A stretch of DNA of 64,000 nucleotides from IMG/VR virus record IMGVR_UViG_3300024274_000264. One strand, 5' to 3'. The notes beneath the pieces are model-generated. The model worked only from the letters and a program-made list of their open reading frames with translations, did not search any database and was not told the DNA's origin. Source of the DNA: a virus. Each line of letters begins with the position of its first letter. Position 1 is the stretch's first letter. Made by a program: the position numbers and the translations under genes. Below are positions 49,170 through 58,531 of this stretch, piece after piece.

Positions 49170-49469
49170 TTATTTTACACTTATTTCTTCAAAAGATTTG
49201 ACGTAGCTTTTTGGGAAATACATTGTTCCAATACACTTTTCGCTGTACTCGGAAAGAACATCTCCGATAAACATATCATTATCGTATTCGTGAGTTATTT
49301 TGACTAATGTCCCATTAAAAAGTTCTGCGTATTTTTCAAAAAATATTGTTTTTGGTTGTTTGGTTTTCTTTTTAAGAACTGTTTCTTCTTTTTTGATAGA
49401 AGAAGCCTTTAAGAAAGAAGGCGGTTCGATTTTGTTTTGCTTGTTTTCCATTGATGAAAAGTTATTCAT
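49170..49469 (-). CDS. Hypothetical protein
   Basis: 99-aa ORF in the same run as the sigma gene. Confidence 0.65.
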   Translation of the reverse strand: MNNFSSMENKQNKIEPPSFLKASSIKKEETVLKKKTKQPKTIFFEKYAELFNGTLVKITHEYDNDMFIGDVLSEYSEKCIGTMYFPKSYVKSFEEISVK

Positions 49470-49493
49470 AGTTTTAAAAATGTCAACTAGAAT

Positions 49494-49784
49494 TTAAGAT
49501 TTCATTAAATTTATTTTGTCTTTATCTGTGCAAGGTAAAAATTCGATCTCGGAAGATCTAACAACATTTGGTTTGGACAGAGTTACTTTTGTAATTTCTT
49601 TTAAACCTGGGTCTGCTTTTTTTATTCTTTTAACAGATGATTGAAATTCATTAATATCATCAGAATAAACCAAAATATATTTTTTCAATTCTAACTGTTG
49701 GTTTTTTTCTAATTTTTTTTCTATAAATTCTGCAGATCTTTCAAATAACTGAAATAACATGTATAATCTGTATATATAATTCAT
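49494..49784 (-). CDS. Hypothetical protein
   Basis: 96-aa ORF. Confidence 0.6.
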   Translation of the reverse strand: MNYIYRLYMLFQLFERSAEFIEKKLEKNQQLELKKYILVYSDDINEFQSSVKRIKKADPGLKEITKVTLSKPNVVRSSEIEFLPCTDKDKINLMKS

Positions 49785-49836
49785 AAAATATTTTTTCTTT
49801 TTAATATAACTTTTTTATTTGGATTCTTGCATAGCC

Positions 49837-49865
49837 TTGACACCGCGCCCTCGCGCGGCTATCAA
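49837..49865 (+). promoter_or_regulatory. Sigma70-type promoter with GC-rich spacer
   Basis: TTGACA-CCGCGCCCTCGCGCGGC(17)-TATCAA. Confidence 0.5.
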
Positions 49866-51274
49866 TGTGCGCTATGCGACTAATAAAGTGGGTTCTGAGT
49901 GAAATAATCACTTATTTCAAAACTGTGTGGGTAAAGATACTCGCGCAACTTGCAATCTTTGGAATAATAGCTGGGATGTATTTTCTTTCCACAAGGTTTC
50001 TTCCGAAAAGATTTAGAATGCAGAGATATAAATTTAAACAAGCCATCGAGAAAGTGGAAGAGTATTCAGAGTTTACTCCAAACGCACTAGACACTCCAAT
50101 TCAAATTGCGACAAAAGCAAACGGGTTGTTTAACCAAATTTTGAATTCTCGTCATAATGACATTGAAGATCCACATTGGGACTTTAAGTCTTTAATTGAA
50201 GACAAGAAACCTGATTTCGATGTTTTGGTTGATGATGAATTCACTTCTGCTTATTTGCCAACCGTGGCAAACTTTGCGGATAGTGTTAAAGTTTTGGGCA
50301 CCTTGAATAAAAACGAATATGTTATTGAATATATTTTTAATGTTAAGGGAAAGTTAATTCCAATTATTGCGATTTCAAATCAAGAAACGCTCGCGAACTC
50401 AAAATCATCTAGTGGTAAATCATCTCTTTCGAGAGGCGCGTTCGAGGATGTTTTCGCCTTCAAAAAAGGCGACGACTACTTCAGCATTATCAACGTTTTG
50501 TTTGACAAGGTAAGCAACAAACTTCACTTGTTCGCAGATAATAACGGCAACCTACAAATATCCCCAGTTTCTCAAGGACATGACCAAAAACATTATTTGG
50601 TTGATGAACCTTTTATTGCTGATCTTGAATCAAGAATCAAAAGATTTAAGAACAAAAACATGCAAAGAACTATTATGTTGTGGGGTCCTCCAGGAACAGG
50701 AAAAAGTTTGTTTGTGTTAACACTTGCAAACAGAACTTCTGGAAGAGTGTTAAAAATAGACAGCAGCTTTATTAAGCAGTTTAATGAAAATAAAATGTTG
50801 AAGCAGTTTTGTTTAAAAATTGGGGCAGACTTAATTGTACTAGATGACGTAGATCACTTTATTACAGGTTTAGATCAAAATCAAACATTTCTCTATATCT
50901 TAGAGTCATTAAAAACAATGGAACACAAAACAACAGTTATGATGACTGTTAACGATATCAAGAAATTAAATGCAGCAATGCTTCGTCCAGGTAGAGTTGA
51001 CGAGATTATTCAATTCAAAGAACCTGATGAAGTACAACGTCTTGATTTTATCAAAAGACTTTTGGTCGAAAAACTTGGAGAACCAAACCCAAATCAAGAA
51101 CATCTTGAGAAGCTCGTAAAAGCTGTCAAAGGAATGACTCAAGCTTACATTAAGGAATGGGTTGAATTCTACTTAATCGAAGAAAAGGATATTGACAAAG
51201 TTCTCGGGGCAATATCTCAAAGAAAGAAAATCATGCGCTCCGCAAACATTACACTCGATGATGATGATTGTTAA
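49865..51274 (+). CDS. AAA+ ATPase with N-terminal hydrophobic segment
   Basis: GPPGTGKS, IVLDDVD, MTVND, AMLRPGRVD. Confidence 0.85.
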   Translation: MCAMRLIKWVLSEIITYFKTVWVKILAQLAIFGIIAGMYFLSTRFLPKRFRMQRYKFKQAIEKVEEYSEFTPNALDTPIQIATKANGLFNQILNSRHNDIEDPHWDFKSLIEDKKPDFDVLVDDEFTSAYLPTVANFADSVKVLGTLNKNEYVIEYIFNVKGKLIPIIAISNQETLANSKSSSGKSSLSRGAFEDVFAFKKGDDYFSIINVLFDKVSNKLHLFADNNGNLQISPVSQGHDQKHYLVDEPFIADLESRIKRFKNKNMQRTIMLWGPPGTGKSLFVLTLANRTSGRVLKIDSSFIKQFNENKMLKQFCLKIGADLIVLDDVDHFITGLDQNQTFLYILESLKTMEHKTTVMMTVNDIKKLNAAMLRPGRVDEIIQFKEPDEVQRLDFIKRLLVEKLGEPNPNQEHLEKLVKAVKGMTQAYIKEWVEFYLIEEKDIDKVLGAISQRKKIMRSANITLDDDDC

Positions 51275-51660
51275 TCATCGAATAGGTTTGATAAAACAAG
51301 TGATTTTATATAACACTCAAAACTCGCAAGAGGTTTTGAGTTTTTTATTTTTGTAACCAACACTCTCCAAGATTCATATTTTCTATCTTCTTCAATTAAT
51401 AGTAATTCAACTTCTTCATCAACAAAGAAGGCCAAACTAAAAGGTTTGCCTTCTTTTTTTATTTTTTGTAATTCCTTTTTGTTTTCCGTATAATAAGTCG
51501 AGGCATAAAATCCATAAAAAGGATTTTCATCGTCAGCATCTTCCTCTTTATTATATTCTTGCGTCGTAAACTCTTCTATCGCTTCAAAGCAGTCAATGGT
51601 GAATGTGTAAGGTTTTCTTTTCGGTTTTAAAACTGTATTCTTTTTTATTTTAATTGACAT
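51271..51660 (-). CDS. Hypothetical protein
   Basis: 129-aa ORF. Confidence 0.65.
   Translation of the reverse strand: MSIKIKKNTVLKPKRKPYTFTIDCFEAIEEFTTQEYNKEEDADDENPFYGFYASTYYTENKKELQKIKKEGKPFSLAFFVDEEVELLLIEEDRKYESWRVLVTKIKNSKPLASFECYIKSLVLSNLFDD
51315..51346 (+). terminator. Rho-independent terminator after the AAA ATPase
   Basis: ACTCAAAAC-TC-GCAA-GA-G-GTTTTGAGT followed by a T-tract. Confidence 0.65.
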
Positions 51661-51689
51661 ATTTTAATTCTAGTTAATAAGCGAAAGTT

Positions 51690-52622
51690 ATGTCAAACGA
51701 TAAAGAAGATCTAAAAAAAGGTCCACACAAGCCTTCTAATTCTAAGCGTGTTAAAAACACTTATTTAGACAAACCTGGAGAGAAAACCGATAACGCACCA
51801 AAACTTGCGGCAATGATTTTTGATGAATCTATCGATGAAGGAATTGGAGATTATTTTAGAGCTTTTTGGAAAGGTCTTTCTGGAGAAACCTATGGAGACC
51901 TTTCATCTTTTGTTGACCCAAACATTGATCCAAAATCAAAAGTGTTTCTTAAAGCCATGAAAGAACCTCTTACGATTCAAGAAGAGTGGATGGTAAACAA
52001 TAGGGTAATGTCAAAAGACGATGTAATGAAATATCGAGAGATGAAGACTTTTGACATGTTGTACTCCAGCGATATTAACAACCTCGCCCCGCACATCCTC
52101 CCAGGGGCGAAGGAAAAGCTGAATTATTATAAACAAGTTTTGCCTGCCTTCAAAGCGAAGTATGACGCTGGTGTCGACGCTGCCGAGAGAGCCCTAGGAA
52201 TTGACGATTATAGGCACAAACGTCGCCACTACCCAGGTAGGGTGGTGGTTGCCTCCGACGGCGGCAAAGCGAGAATAAACCCAGAAACAGGCGAGGTCGA
52301 GGAATACCGAGGGTCGATACAAAAAAAACGGGCATCCTTCTTAAGAACAATTCAAGATATTGCCGATGGATTAGAATCTTCTCTTAAAGAAATTGAAGAA
52401 AGAAAAATTTCAGTTCAAAAACGAAGACTTCAAACTATTGAAGAGCTAATAAACGAACTTAAAAAAATCGAAAATGAATTATCTTCTTTGTCGGATGAAG
52501 ACCTGGAAAAAGTATTTCCTGTTAAGGTTGGAACAACTTATAAGAAAGGTGTATGGAGACACGCAAAAGAACGTGCTGCAACCGAACTTACAAGAGTAAA
52601 ACACTTGCTTGCGAATTCATAA
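51690..52622 (+). CDS. Mosaic hypothetical protein with a GC-rich central segment
   Basis: 310 aa; IFDE/IDE sites; TAGTTA upstream. Confidence 0.75.
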   Translation: MSNDKEDLKKGPHKPSNSKRVKNTYLDKPGEKTDNAPKLAAMIFDESIDEGIGDYFRAFWKGLSGETYGDLSSFVDPNIDPKSKVFLKAMKEPLTIQEEWMVNNRVMSKDDVMKYREMKTFDMLYSSDINNLAPHILPGAKEKLNYYKQVLPAFKAKYDAGVDAAERALGIDDYRHKRRHYPGRVVVASDGGKARINPETGEVEEYRGSIQKKRASFLRTIQDIADGLESSLKEIEERKISVQKRRLQTIEELINELKKIENELSSLSDEDLEKVFPVKVGTTYKKGVWRHAKERAATELTRVKHLLANS

Positions 52623-52674
52623 CCTAACATTTTATTAAATTAAAACTATAGTTATTATTAAACGTATAAATAAT

Positions 52675-53760
52675 ATGTCAAATAATAATGATGAACAACA
52701 GATGCAGTTTAATGCTGACTTAGCATATAGACAGTTAATTGAAAAAAGGAAACGAGAAATGCTTTATGAGCAATCGAGACCTCAACCTCAATACTATAAT
52801 GCACCGCCCCAACAAAACAATAATGGGAAAAGATTCAATCCAGAACTCGACACCAAAATGACTTTCGATCATCACGGTAATCCATTAACAATAAATGGAA
52901 AATCTGTTGAAGAGATGGAGAGTTTTAAAAATGCTCAACTTGCAGCAAAACTTGGAATGGAAAACACACCTGAAGCAATTTCTGCTGCGAGGAATTATCA
53001 TAAAGCTGTTTTACAACACTATAAACAAGGAGTTCCTGCTCACTTGCAAATGTATGGAATAAACGAATGGGCACCATCAAGAGAAGTTAAAAAGTATGCT
53101 TCAATGGTTGATCTTGGAGACGATGCTGGAAATTCATTTAAAGAACAGACCAGACAGATTGGCGAACACATAACAAGAAAATGGGGACAACCCGACTCTG
53201 CCGATGCCCTTATGAGAAATTTAAATCATCAACAACAACAAGTTGCTTCAACAATCGTTAACGGACTAGCCTCTGGAAAAACTAAATTTCTTCATGGAGA
53301 AAATGTAGAACAAAAAAGGCAACTTTTAACAGAAGCTACACCACTTCAACAATTTAACAACCCACAACCACAAACAACCGCTGTTAGAGAAGGTGCTTTT
53401 GTTTATAAGATATTGGATACAGCTGGAATGCCACTACCGTGTCATTTGGCACGCCCTATAATCCAATACAACGCTGTTAGCCACGGAATGCTAACTCCTA
53501 CTGGACGGTCATTTAAGACCTTTATTATTCAAAATGAACAAGCAAGAATAGACATTGGAGTAATAAACAACAATCCTCAATTTATAAAAGAGGTATTTGA
53601 AGTTGCCGATTCAAGAGGTCAAACATTCGTTGTCGAAAAACAACAAATGAATCAAGTTCAACAACGTGGTTTTATGAATGACCAAGTTAGACCAATGCAA
53701 CAACATTCTTCGGGAAGACCAAATCTTCCTCCTCCTGGATCAAGAATTTTTAAAGGTTAA
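52675..53760 (+). CDS. Gln/Asn-rich hypothetical protein
   Basis: 361 aa. Confidence 0.78.
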   Translation: MSNNNDEQQMQFNADLAYRQLIEKRKREMLYEQSRPQPQYYNAPPQQNNNGKRFNPELDTKMTFDHHGNPLTINGKSVEEMESFKNAQLAAKLGMENTPEAISAARNYHKAVLQHYKQGVPAHLQMYGINEWAPSREVKKYASMVDLGDDAGNSFKEQTRQIGEHITRKWGQPDSADALMRNLNHQQQQVASTIVNGLASGKTKFLHGENVEQKRQLLTEATPLQQFNNPQPQTTAVREGAFVYKILDTAGMPLPCHLARPIIQYNAVSHGMLTPTGRSFKTFIIQNEQARIDIGVINNNPQFIKEVFEVADSRGQTFVVEKQQMNQVQQRGFMNDQVRPMQQHSSGRPNLPPPGSRIFKG

Positions 53761-53769
53761 AAATCACTC

Positions 53770-54387
53770 TTAATCGGCAATAAGACTTGCATCAAATTCT
53801 TCGTCTTCTTCGTCCGATTCTTGTTCATTTATTTCTTCTGTGATTTGTATCACTGGCGGCACAACAACACAATTTTGAATTATTCCCGAATCTCTTCTAG
53901 ATAGGAATGTTGCTATTGGTCCGTTACCGTCTGGTTTCTGAACTGAAATTTTGCACTGTTTAAATGGAGCGTGAACAAGTTCAGTATTAAGAACTTTAAA
54001 TTCTTGATTAAATCTATTTTCTGTTGATGTTATTTTTATGATATCATCTTTTTTAAGGCTCGAAAAAACAGTCAGTAAATTTTTGGCAACGGTCTCATCA
54101 ATAAGAGGTTTTTGGTTATAGACTTTCTTTTCTTGTTCCTTGTCGAAGACATTTCCATCAATTGTCATTGAAATGACACTATCACTGGCCATTGAACTGA
54201 TAATGTCTCCAGATTCTAACTTAGCTGTGTAAGATCCTTTATATCCTTTTCCTACAGTAATTTCTTTTATTATAGAAACAACCGTTCTAGGGGAAGAATC
54301 TTTTTCGTTTTTGATTATGACTGTAATGTTTTTAGGTAAAGAATCTTTTGCGGCTTTTAAAGCCTCTCTCATTTGCGATTTATCCAT
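53770..54387 (-). CDS. Hypothetical protein with acidic tail
   Basis: 205 aa with its own promoter. Confidence 0.78.
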   Translation of the reverse strand: MDKSQMREALKAAKDSLPKNITVIIKNEKDSSPRTVVSIIKEITVGKGYKGSYTAKLESGDIISSMASDSVISMTIDGNVFDKEQEKKVYNQKPLIDETVAKNLLTVFSSLKKDDIIKITSTENRFNQEFKVLNTELVHAPFKQCKISVQKPDGNGPIATFLSRRDSGIIQNCVVVPPVIQITEEINEQESDEEDEEFDASLIAD

Positions 54388-54427
54388 TTTGTTTTATACT
54401 ACCTGATTAACTTTCGTGAACGGGGTT

Positions 54428-54456
54428 AGTATATCGCCACAACGAACCTTAGTCAA
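54428..54456 (-). promoter_or_regulatory. Near-consensus sigma70 promoter for 53770..54387
   Basis: Minus strand TTGACT-N17-TATACT. Confidence 0.75.
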
Positions 54457-54493
54457 GGGGTGTTGACAGAGCACCTAAACAGCTCTGTATGGC

Positions 54494-55309
54494 TCAAGAA
54501 ACAATTTCTGAATTGGGATCGCTGTGCTCGGCACCATCGACGGCACCACGAACGGAAGTGTCTTTCAGAATTTTTCTGACTTTCTGACAGGCCCCAGCGA
54601 GTGTGTAGCGGGTACTTGAACCTTTTCGATAGCAGTTTTTAAGATCTTCCAATCCTTGAAGAACAATAACAAGTTGTCCTTTATGAGTTTCTGATCCGAA
54701 AGGTACTTCTTCTCCATTTATAACAACTGTTGTTTTATTTGGTCGATTAACCGATTCATGAAGGTTTTTGAGAGATATAGATTCTTCTGCAAGTAATCCA
54801 CCCATCATTCCAACAACTGGAGAATTTGAAGCCATTTGCTGTGCTTGTTGAGGACCTTGTAATGGAGTTGCCGCGGAAGACATTGTTTGATTTCCAAACT
54901 GTGGTTGAACTGCTGGAGTTTTTATTTCTTGGTTGTTTGGATTTGGTGGGGATTGTTGTTTTGTAATTTGTTCAATTGATTTATCGAGTTGAGACAAAGC
55001 TTTATCCAGAACAGCTTTCTCGGAAGAAGAAAGTCCATTAAATATATTTGTTATTGCTGTAAAAATTAATGGATCATTAAAGCTTTTGCCGCTTCTGATT
55101 CCATTAAGATGATCAATAATTTTTTCAACTGAAATAGCTTGTCCACCTGTTTGACTTTGTGGATTAACTTGTGCTGGTTGAGTTGCCTGTGGCGTAGCTT
55201 CAGTCGCGGCAACAGGCGCAGGAGAACTATTTGCAGGAGGTTGTTGTTGAGCAGCCTCTTCCGCAGCAAGTTCAAATAGTTTCTGAAGATTAGAGATGTT
55301 TATTGGCAT
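54494..55309 (-). CDS. Gln/Pro-rich hypothetical protein, probably virion-associated
   Basis: 271 aa; TATTTA 9 nt upstream; LFE, LAE and LHE sites. Confidence 0.75.
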   Translation of the reverse strand: MPINISNLQKLFELAAEEAAQQQPPANSSPAPVAATEATPQATQPAQVNPQSQTGGQAISVEKIIDHLNGIRSGKSFNDPLIFTAITNIFNGLSSSEKAVLDKALSQLDKSIEQITKQQSPPNPNNQEIKTPAVQPQFGNQTMSSAATPLQGPQQAQQMASNSPVVGMMGGLLAEESISLKNLHESVNRPNKTTVVINGEEVPFGSETHKGQLVIVLQGLEDLKNCYRKGSSTRYTLAGACQKVRKILKDTSVRGAVDGAEHSDPNSEIVS

Positions 55310-55532
55310 TGTCTGTATTAAATACTAGTACACTGCCATATAATTCTTCTATCTCTTGTAATAAATTTTTATCTAAGGAACCAAAAAAACAAATTTCTAA
55401 AGTCGTGTTGGATTTATTGACAAGTTCAAGACAACAAGATTTGTCGTGATACAATGACAAAAATCCAACAACGAAACTTTCTTTATCTGCTTTAGAGTTA
55501 AATTTTAGTTCCGTGTTGGATCTTGTATACAT
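55290..55532 (-). CDS. Hypothetical protein
   Basis: 80-aa ORF. Confidence 0.55.
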   Translation of the reverse strand: MYTRSNTELKFNSKADKESFVVGFLSLYHDKSCCLELVNKSNTTLEICFFGSLDKNLLQEIEELYGSVLVFNTDNANKHL

Positions 55533-55553
55533 TTTACAATTTCAAGTATTTTT

Positions 55554-57230
55554 TTACTTATTTTTTTTTGCTTTTTCTCTTTGAGCCCTGAGAGCATCTT
55601 GTTCTCTATTTCTGGCTCTTAACCTACTGCGAATATCGCGTTCAAGTTCTGGCGTTGTGTGTATTTTTGGTTCGGCTTTACTCGCAACTTTTTCTTTATG
55701 ACCATATAAACCTTCTGCATCCGCCGCAATATAGTTTGTGAGGCGTTCGCGGAAAATTTCGTCATCAAACCCAGCATAGTCAAAGTTACCATCTTCATCT
55801 AAACCGTAAGTTAAAAACAACTCAGCAGCGTGTTCAAATAAATCAACTAAACCATTATATTCTTCAATCATAAGTTCTACAACAGCTGGTTGCTTTGCAA
55901 ACAGAAGAAGAGTCTTATCGAATTTAGATTTAGGATTTACAAGTTTTGGATTTCCTTGAATTTCTTTTATTCTTGCATCGAATTCTTCAATATTCGCGTA
56001 GAGATTGGTGAGTAAATCTGCATCAAATTTAATTCCGCCAATTTTTCCACTAGAAACTTGAGATTTAATATATTGACCAACCATACCTTTGGTAATTAAA
56101 AGTCTTAAAAATTCTCCAAAAGCAAACTTGAATTGTTCAACATTGTCAATAGTTAACTGATCTCTATATTCAAGCATAAAATCGGCTACTATATCAGCTA
56201 GTTTTGCTGATTGAAGTTCGGCAGCTCTCATATAAGAGTTGTTGTACATATTTGCTTGTTTTCTAAGCGCACTAATTTCTGCGTTTGAAACTTCGGCTTG
56301 CGATATACCGAGAGCATCGGCAGTTTCTTCTTGTGTTAGATCAAGACGATCTTTTTCTTTTCCGTAGTAACCATCTTTTTCTTTTTTGGTTGAAGCTCCT
56401 GGAACAATATCTCCAAGTTCAAATGTAAATTTGTCTCGGTCCATTTCTGGATCGTACATATCTGCAACTGGGGTATCTCCGCGAACATCTTTTAAGAACG
56501 CTTCAAAAGATCCTGTCTTTGGATTAAGAAGAGATGGGTTTTGCATTGCTAAATTTATAAGTGCCTCTGCACTTAAGTCTTCGAGCATTGAATCTTCTAC
56601 TTCACCCGTTTCTGTATTTGTTGCAGAAACAAGCATTCTGTGGTTTTTCTTATCAAATCCAACAGATGGAGTTAAGAGCATTCTGCCGAGATAATTTTTA
56701 TAGTCTCTTAGGTTTCTATAGCCGCGCTCTTCGGTGTATTCAGGGGCATCAGCAACATCAACTCTTAAAGGTTCGGCTTTACGTTGAGCCGCTGTTCGGT
56801 CGAATCCTTCGATGCCTTTACCGCGCTTTTCAACTCCGAGTTTTGGATCCTCTTCATCATCTTTAACAGGAAGATCTTTCATATGAACAGAAAGATCTCT
56901 TGCTTTTCCACCTTTTGGATAAACATCGGCGAACTCAGGAGTTTTTGGATCTTTTAGTTTTGAGGTTGGAGGAGTTGGTTGTCTTTTTTCGAATCCAGCA
57001 TTTGTCCAAACCGCATCAGAAGATTCAAGTTCGTTACGAACGTCAGCTTGTTTTTGTTTTTTATCGAGGCGTTTCATTTCTTGCTCTGGAGTTGTATCAT
57101 CCACAGGAAGTTGTTTTGCTTTTATTTTTTCTTCTGCTTTTGCTTCTTGTAATCGAAGAATTTCTTCTTTGAGAACTTTTTTGGCATAAGCAAAGAATTC
57201 TTCTTTTGTGTTTAATTTTATTTTAGCCAT
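55554..57230 (-). CDS. Large charged protein with an internal sigma-region-4-like HTH
   Basis: LTQEETADALGISQAEVSNAEISALRK; N-terminal VLKEEILRLQE. Confidence 0.7.
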   Translation of the reverse strand: MAKIKLNTKEEFFAYAKKVLKEEILRLQEAKAEEKIKAKQLPVDDTTPEQEMKRLDKKQKQADVRNELESSDAVWTNAGFEKRQPTPPTSKLKDPKTPEFADVYPKGGKARDLSVHMKDLPVKDDEEDPKLGVEKRGKGIEGFDRTAAQRKAEPLRVDVADAPEYTEERGYRNLRDYKNYLGRMLLTPSVGFDKKNHRMLVSATNTETGEVEDSMLEDLSAEALINLAMQNPSLLNPKTGSFEAFLKDVRGDTPVADMYDPEMDRDKFTFELGDIVPGASTKKEKDGYYGKEKDRLDLTQEETADALGISQAEVSNAEISALRKQANMYNNSYMRAAELQSAKLADIVADFMLEYRDQLTIDNVEQFKFAFGEFLRLLITKGMVGQYIKSQVSSGKIGGIKFDADLLTNLYANIEEFDARIKEIQGNPKLVNPKSKFDKTLLLFAKQPAVVELMIEEYNGLVDLFEHAAELFLTYGLDEDGNFDYAGFDDEIFRERLTNYIAADAEGLYGHKEKVASKAEPKIHTTPELERDIRSRLRARNREQDALRAQREKAKKNK

Positions 57231-57279
57231 TTTTTATTTCCGTTATAAATCTATCTCTCTCTTAATATGTAGTAACTTA

Positions 57280-57561
57280 TCATTCAGACTTCGCTGGTTC
57301 AGGATCTTTTTGATCCGCAACTTCATTTGATAAAGCTGTTTTTGGATCGGTATAGCGCCTTCCAAAATATAATCCAAGCAAAGGTGCTAAAAACGCCATT
57401 GCTTGACCTGAATCGAAAGCTCTGACTTTTATTGGTCCAAGTCCTTCTATTATAGAAAGAAACAACCATAATAGACAAACATTAAACGCCAAAAAAACCA
57501 TTGTAAAACTGGCAGATGGTCTTCCATCACTTTGTTTTAATAAAGGAACTTTAATATCCAT
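57280..57561 (-). CDS. Small two-TM membrane protein, holin-like
   Basis: Two hydrophobic segments and a charged C-terminal tail; next to the spanin-like gene. Confidence 0.5.
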   Translation of the reverse strand: MDIKVPLLKQSDGRPSASFTMVFLAFNVCLLWLFLSIIEGLGPIKVRAFDSGQAMAFLAPLLGLYFGRRYTDPKTALSNEVADQKDPEPAKSE

Positions 57562-57603
57562 ATAATACCTCTTTTAAATTCAAAAATAATTAGATTGCAA
57601 ATT

Positions 57604-58185
57604 TTAGTTCCTTGGAAAGAAACCAACAATTAAACCTGTCACGATTGCCCCCAAAACTATCCCACCAATAGTAAACCCAACAATTCTTCCAACTTCTCCC
57701 TCTGTTTGTCTTCTAAGAGAATTCGAATAAGTTTCATATTGAAAGATAGTTCTGTTTCTGTTTTCAATTAAAAGTGAATATGTACGCTGCTGTGTCGAAA
57801 TTGTGTTTCTTAAGGATTCAATATCTCTTATTGCAGTCGCTGCAAGTTGTTGTCTTTCATAAAGAGAATTAACTTGACATGTTCTTTGCTGAGCTCTTAT
57901 TTCAACTTCAAGACCCGCGGCGGCAACGTTATTAAACAGAACGCCGCTATACGGCGCGGTGCCACCTTCTCTCACCGCAATAATTCTGCTTCCTTCTGGT
58001 AAAGAGAACAAAGTTGAGGCATCGGATATCGGAACAACCGAGGCATCCAAAACAGAATTAAATTCTGATTCATGTGTTGCTGGAATCGTAGCCACTGGAT
58101 ATTCAAGAGAGCTTGTTTGAGGCCGCTGAATAGAGGAGCATCCAATCGCGGCAATAAGAAACAAAGACATTGTTTTTTTTATCAT
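57604..58185 (-). CDS. Lipoprotein with C-terminal TM helix (unimolecular-spanin topology)
   Basis: MIKKTMSLFLIAAIG-C lipobox-like signal; C-terminal IVGFTIGGIVLGAIVTGLIVGFF. Confidence 0.5.
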   Translation of the reverse strand: MIKKTMSLFLIAAIGCSSIQRPQTSSLEYPVATIPATHESEFNSVLDASVVPISDASTLFSLPEGSRIIAVREGGTAPYSGVLFNNVAAAGLEVEIRAQQRTCQVNSLYERQQLAATAIRDIESLRNTISTQQRTYSLLIENRNRTIFQYETYSNSLRRQTEGEVGRIVGFTIGGIVLGAIVTGLIVGFFPRN

Positions 58186-58186
58186 T

Positions 58187-58531
58187 TTATATTATACCTT
58201 TCTTTATATCAGATTCTTTCAGTTTTTTAAAATTAGGGATTTCACAAATTCCTCCATTTTCTGTTAAAAGCTTAATCCACTCAAGACCGTGCTTGCCTTT
58301 TTCAATTCCAAGAAATATCGATTCTTTAATTAAAGAATCTAAGATTTCCTCTGTGTACACAAATTCATCTATATAACAAGATGTTATGTTTTCGCCCCAT
58401 TCAATTGCTGGTCCGTCCGTTCTATGAAGTTTACCTTCAACCCACCATTCTTTTGTTCCGCTAAAAACTTCAACAATTCCCGTATAATTGTCGGGAAATA
58501 CATCTCCAAAGTTTAGTTTTAAAGTTTTCAT
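58187..58531 (-). CDS. HRxDGPA-repeat family protein 23 (1 repeat)
   Basis: LHRTDGPA plus constant module. Confidence 0.85.
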   Translation of the reverse strand: MKTLKLNFGDVFPDNYTGIVEVFSGTKEWWVEGKLHRTDGPAIEWGENITSCYIDEFVYTEEILDSLIKESIFLGIEKGKHGLEWIKLLTENGGICEIPNFKKLKESDIKKGII

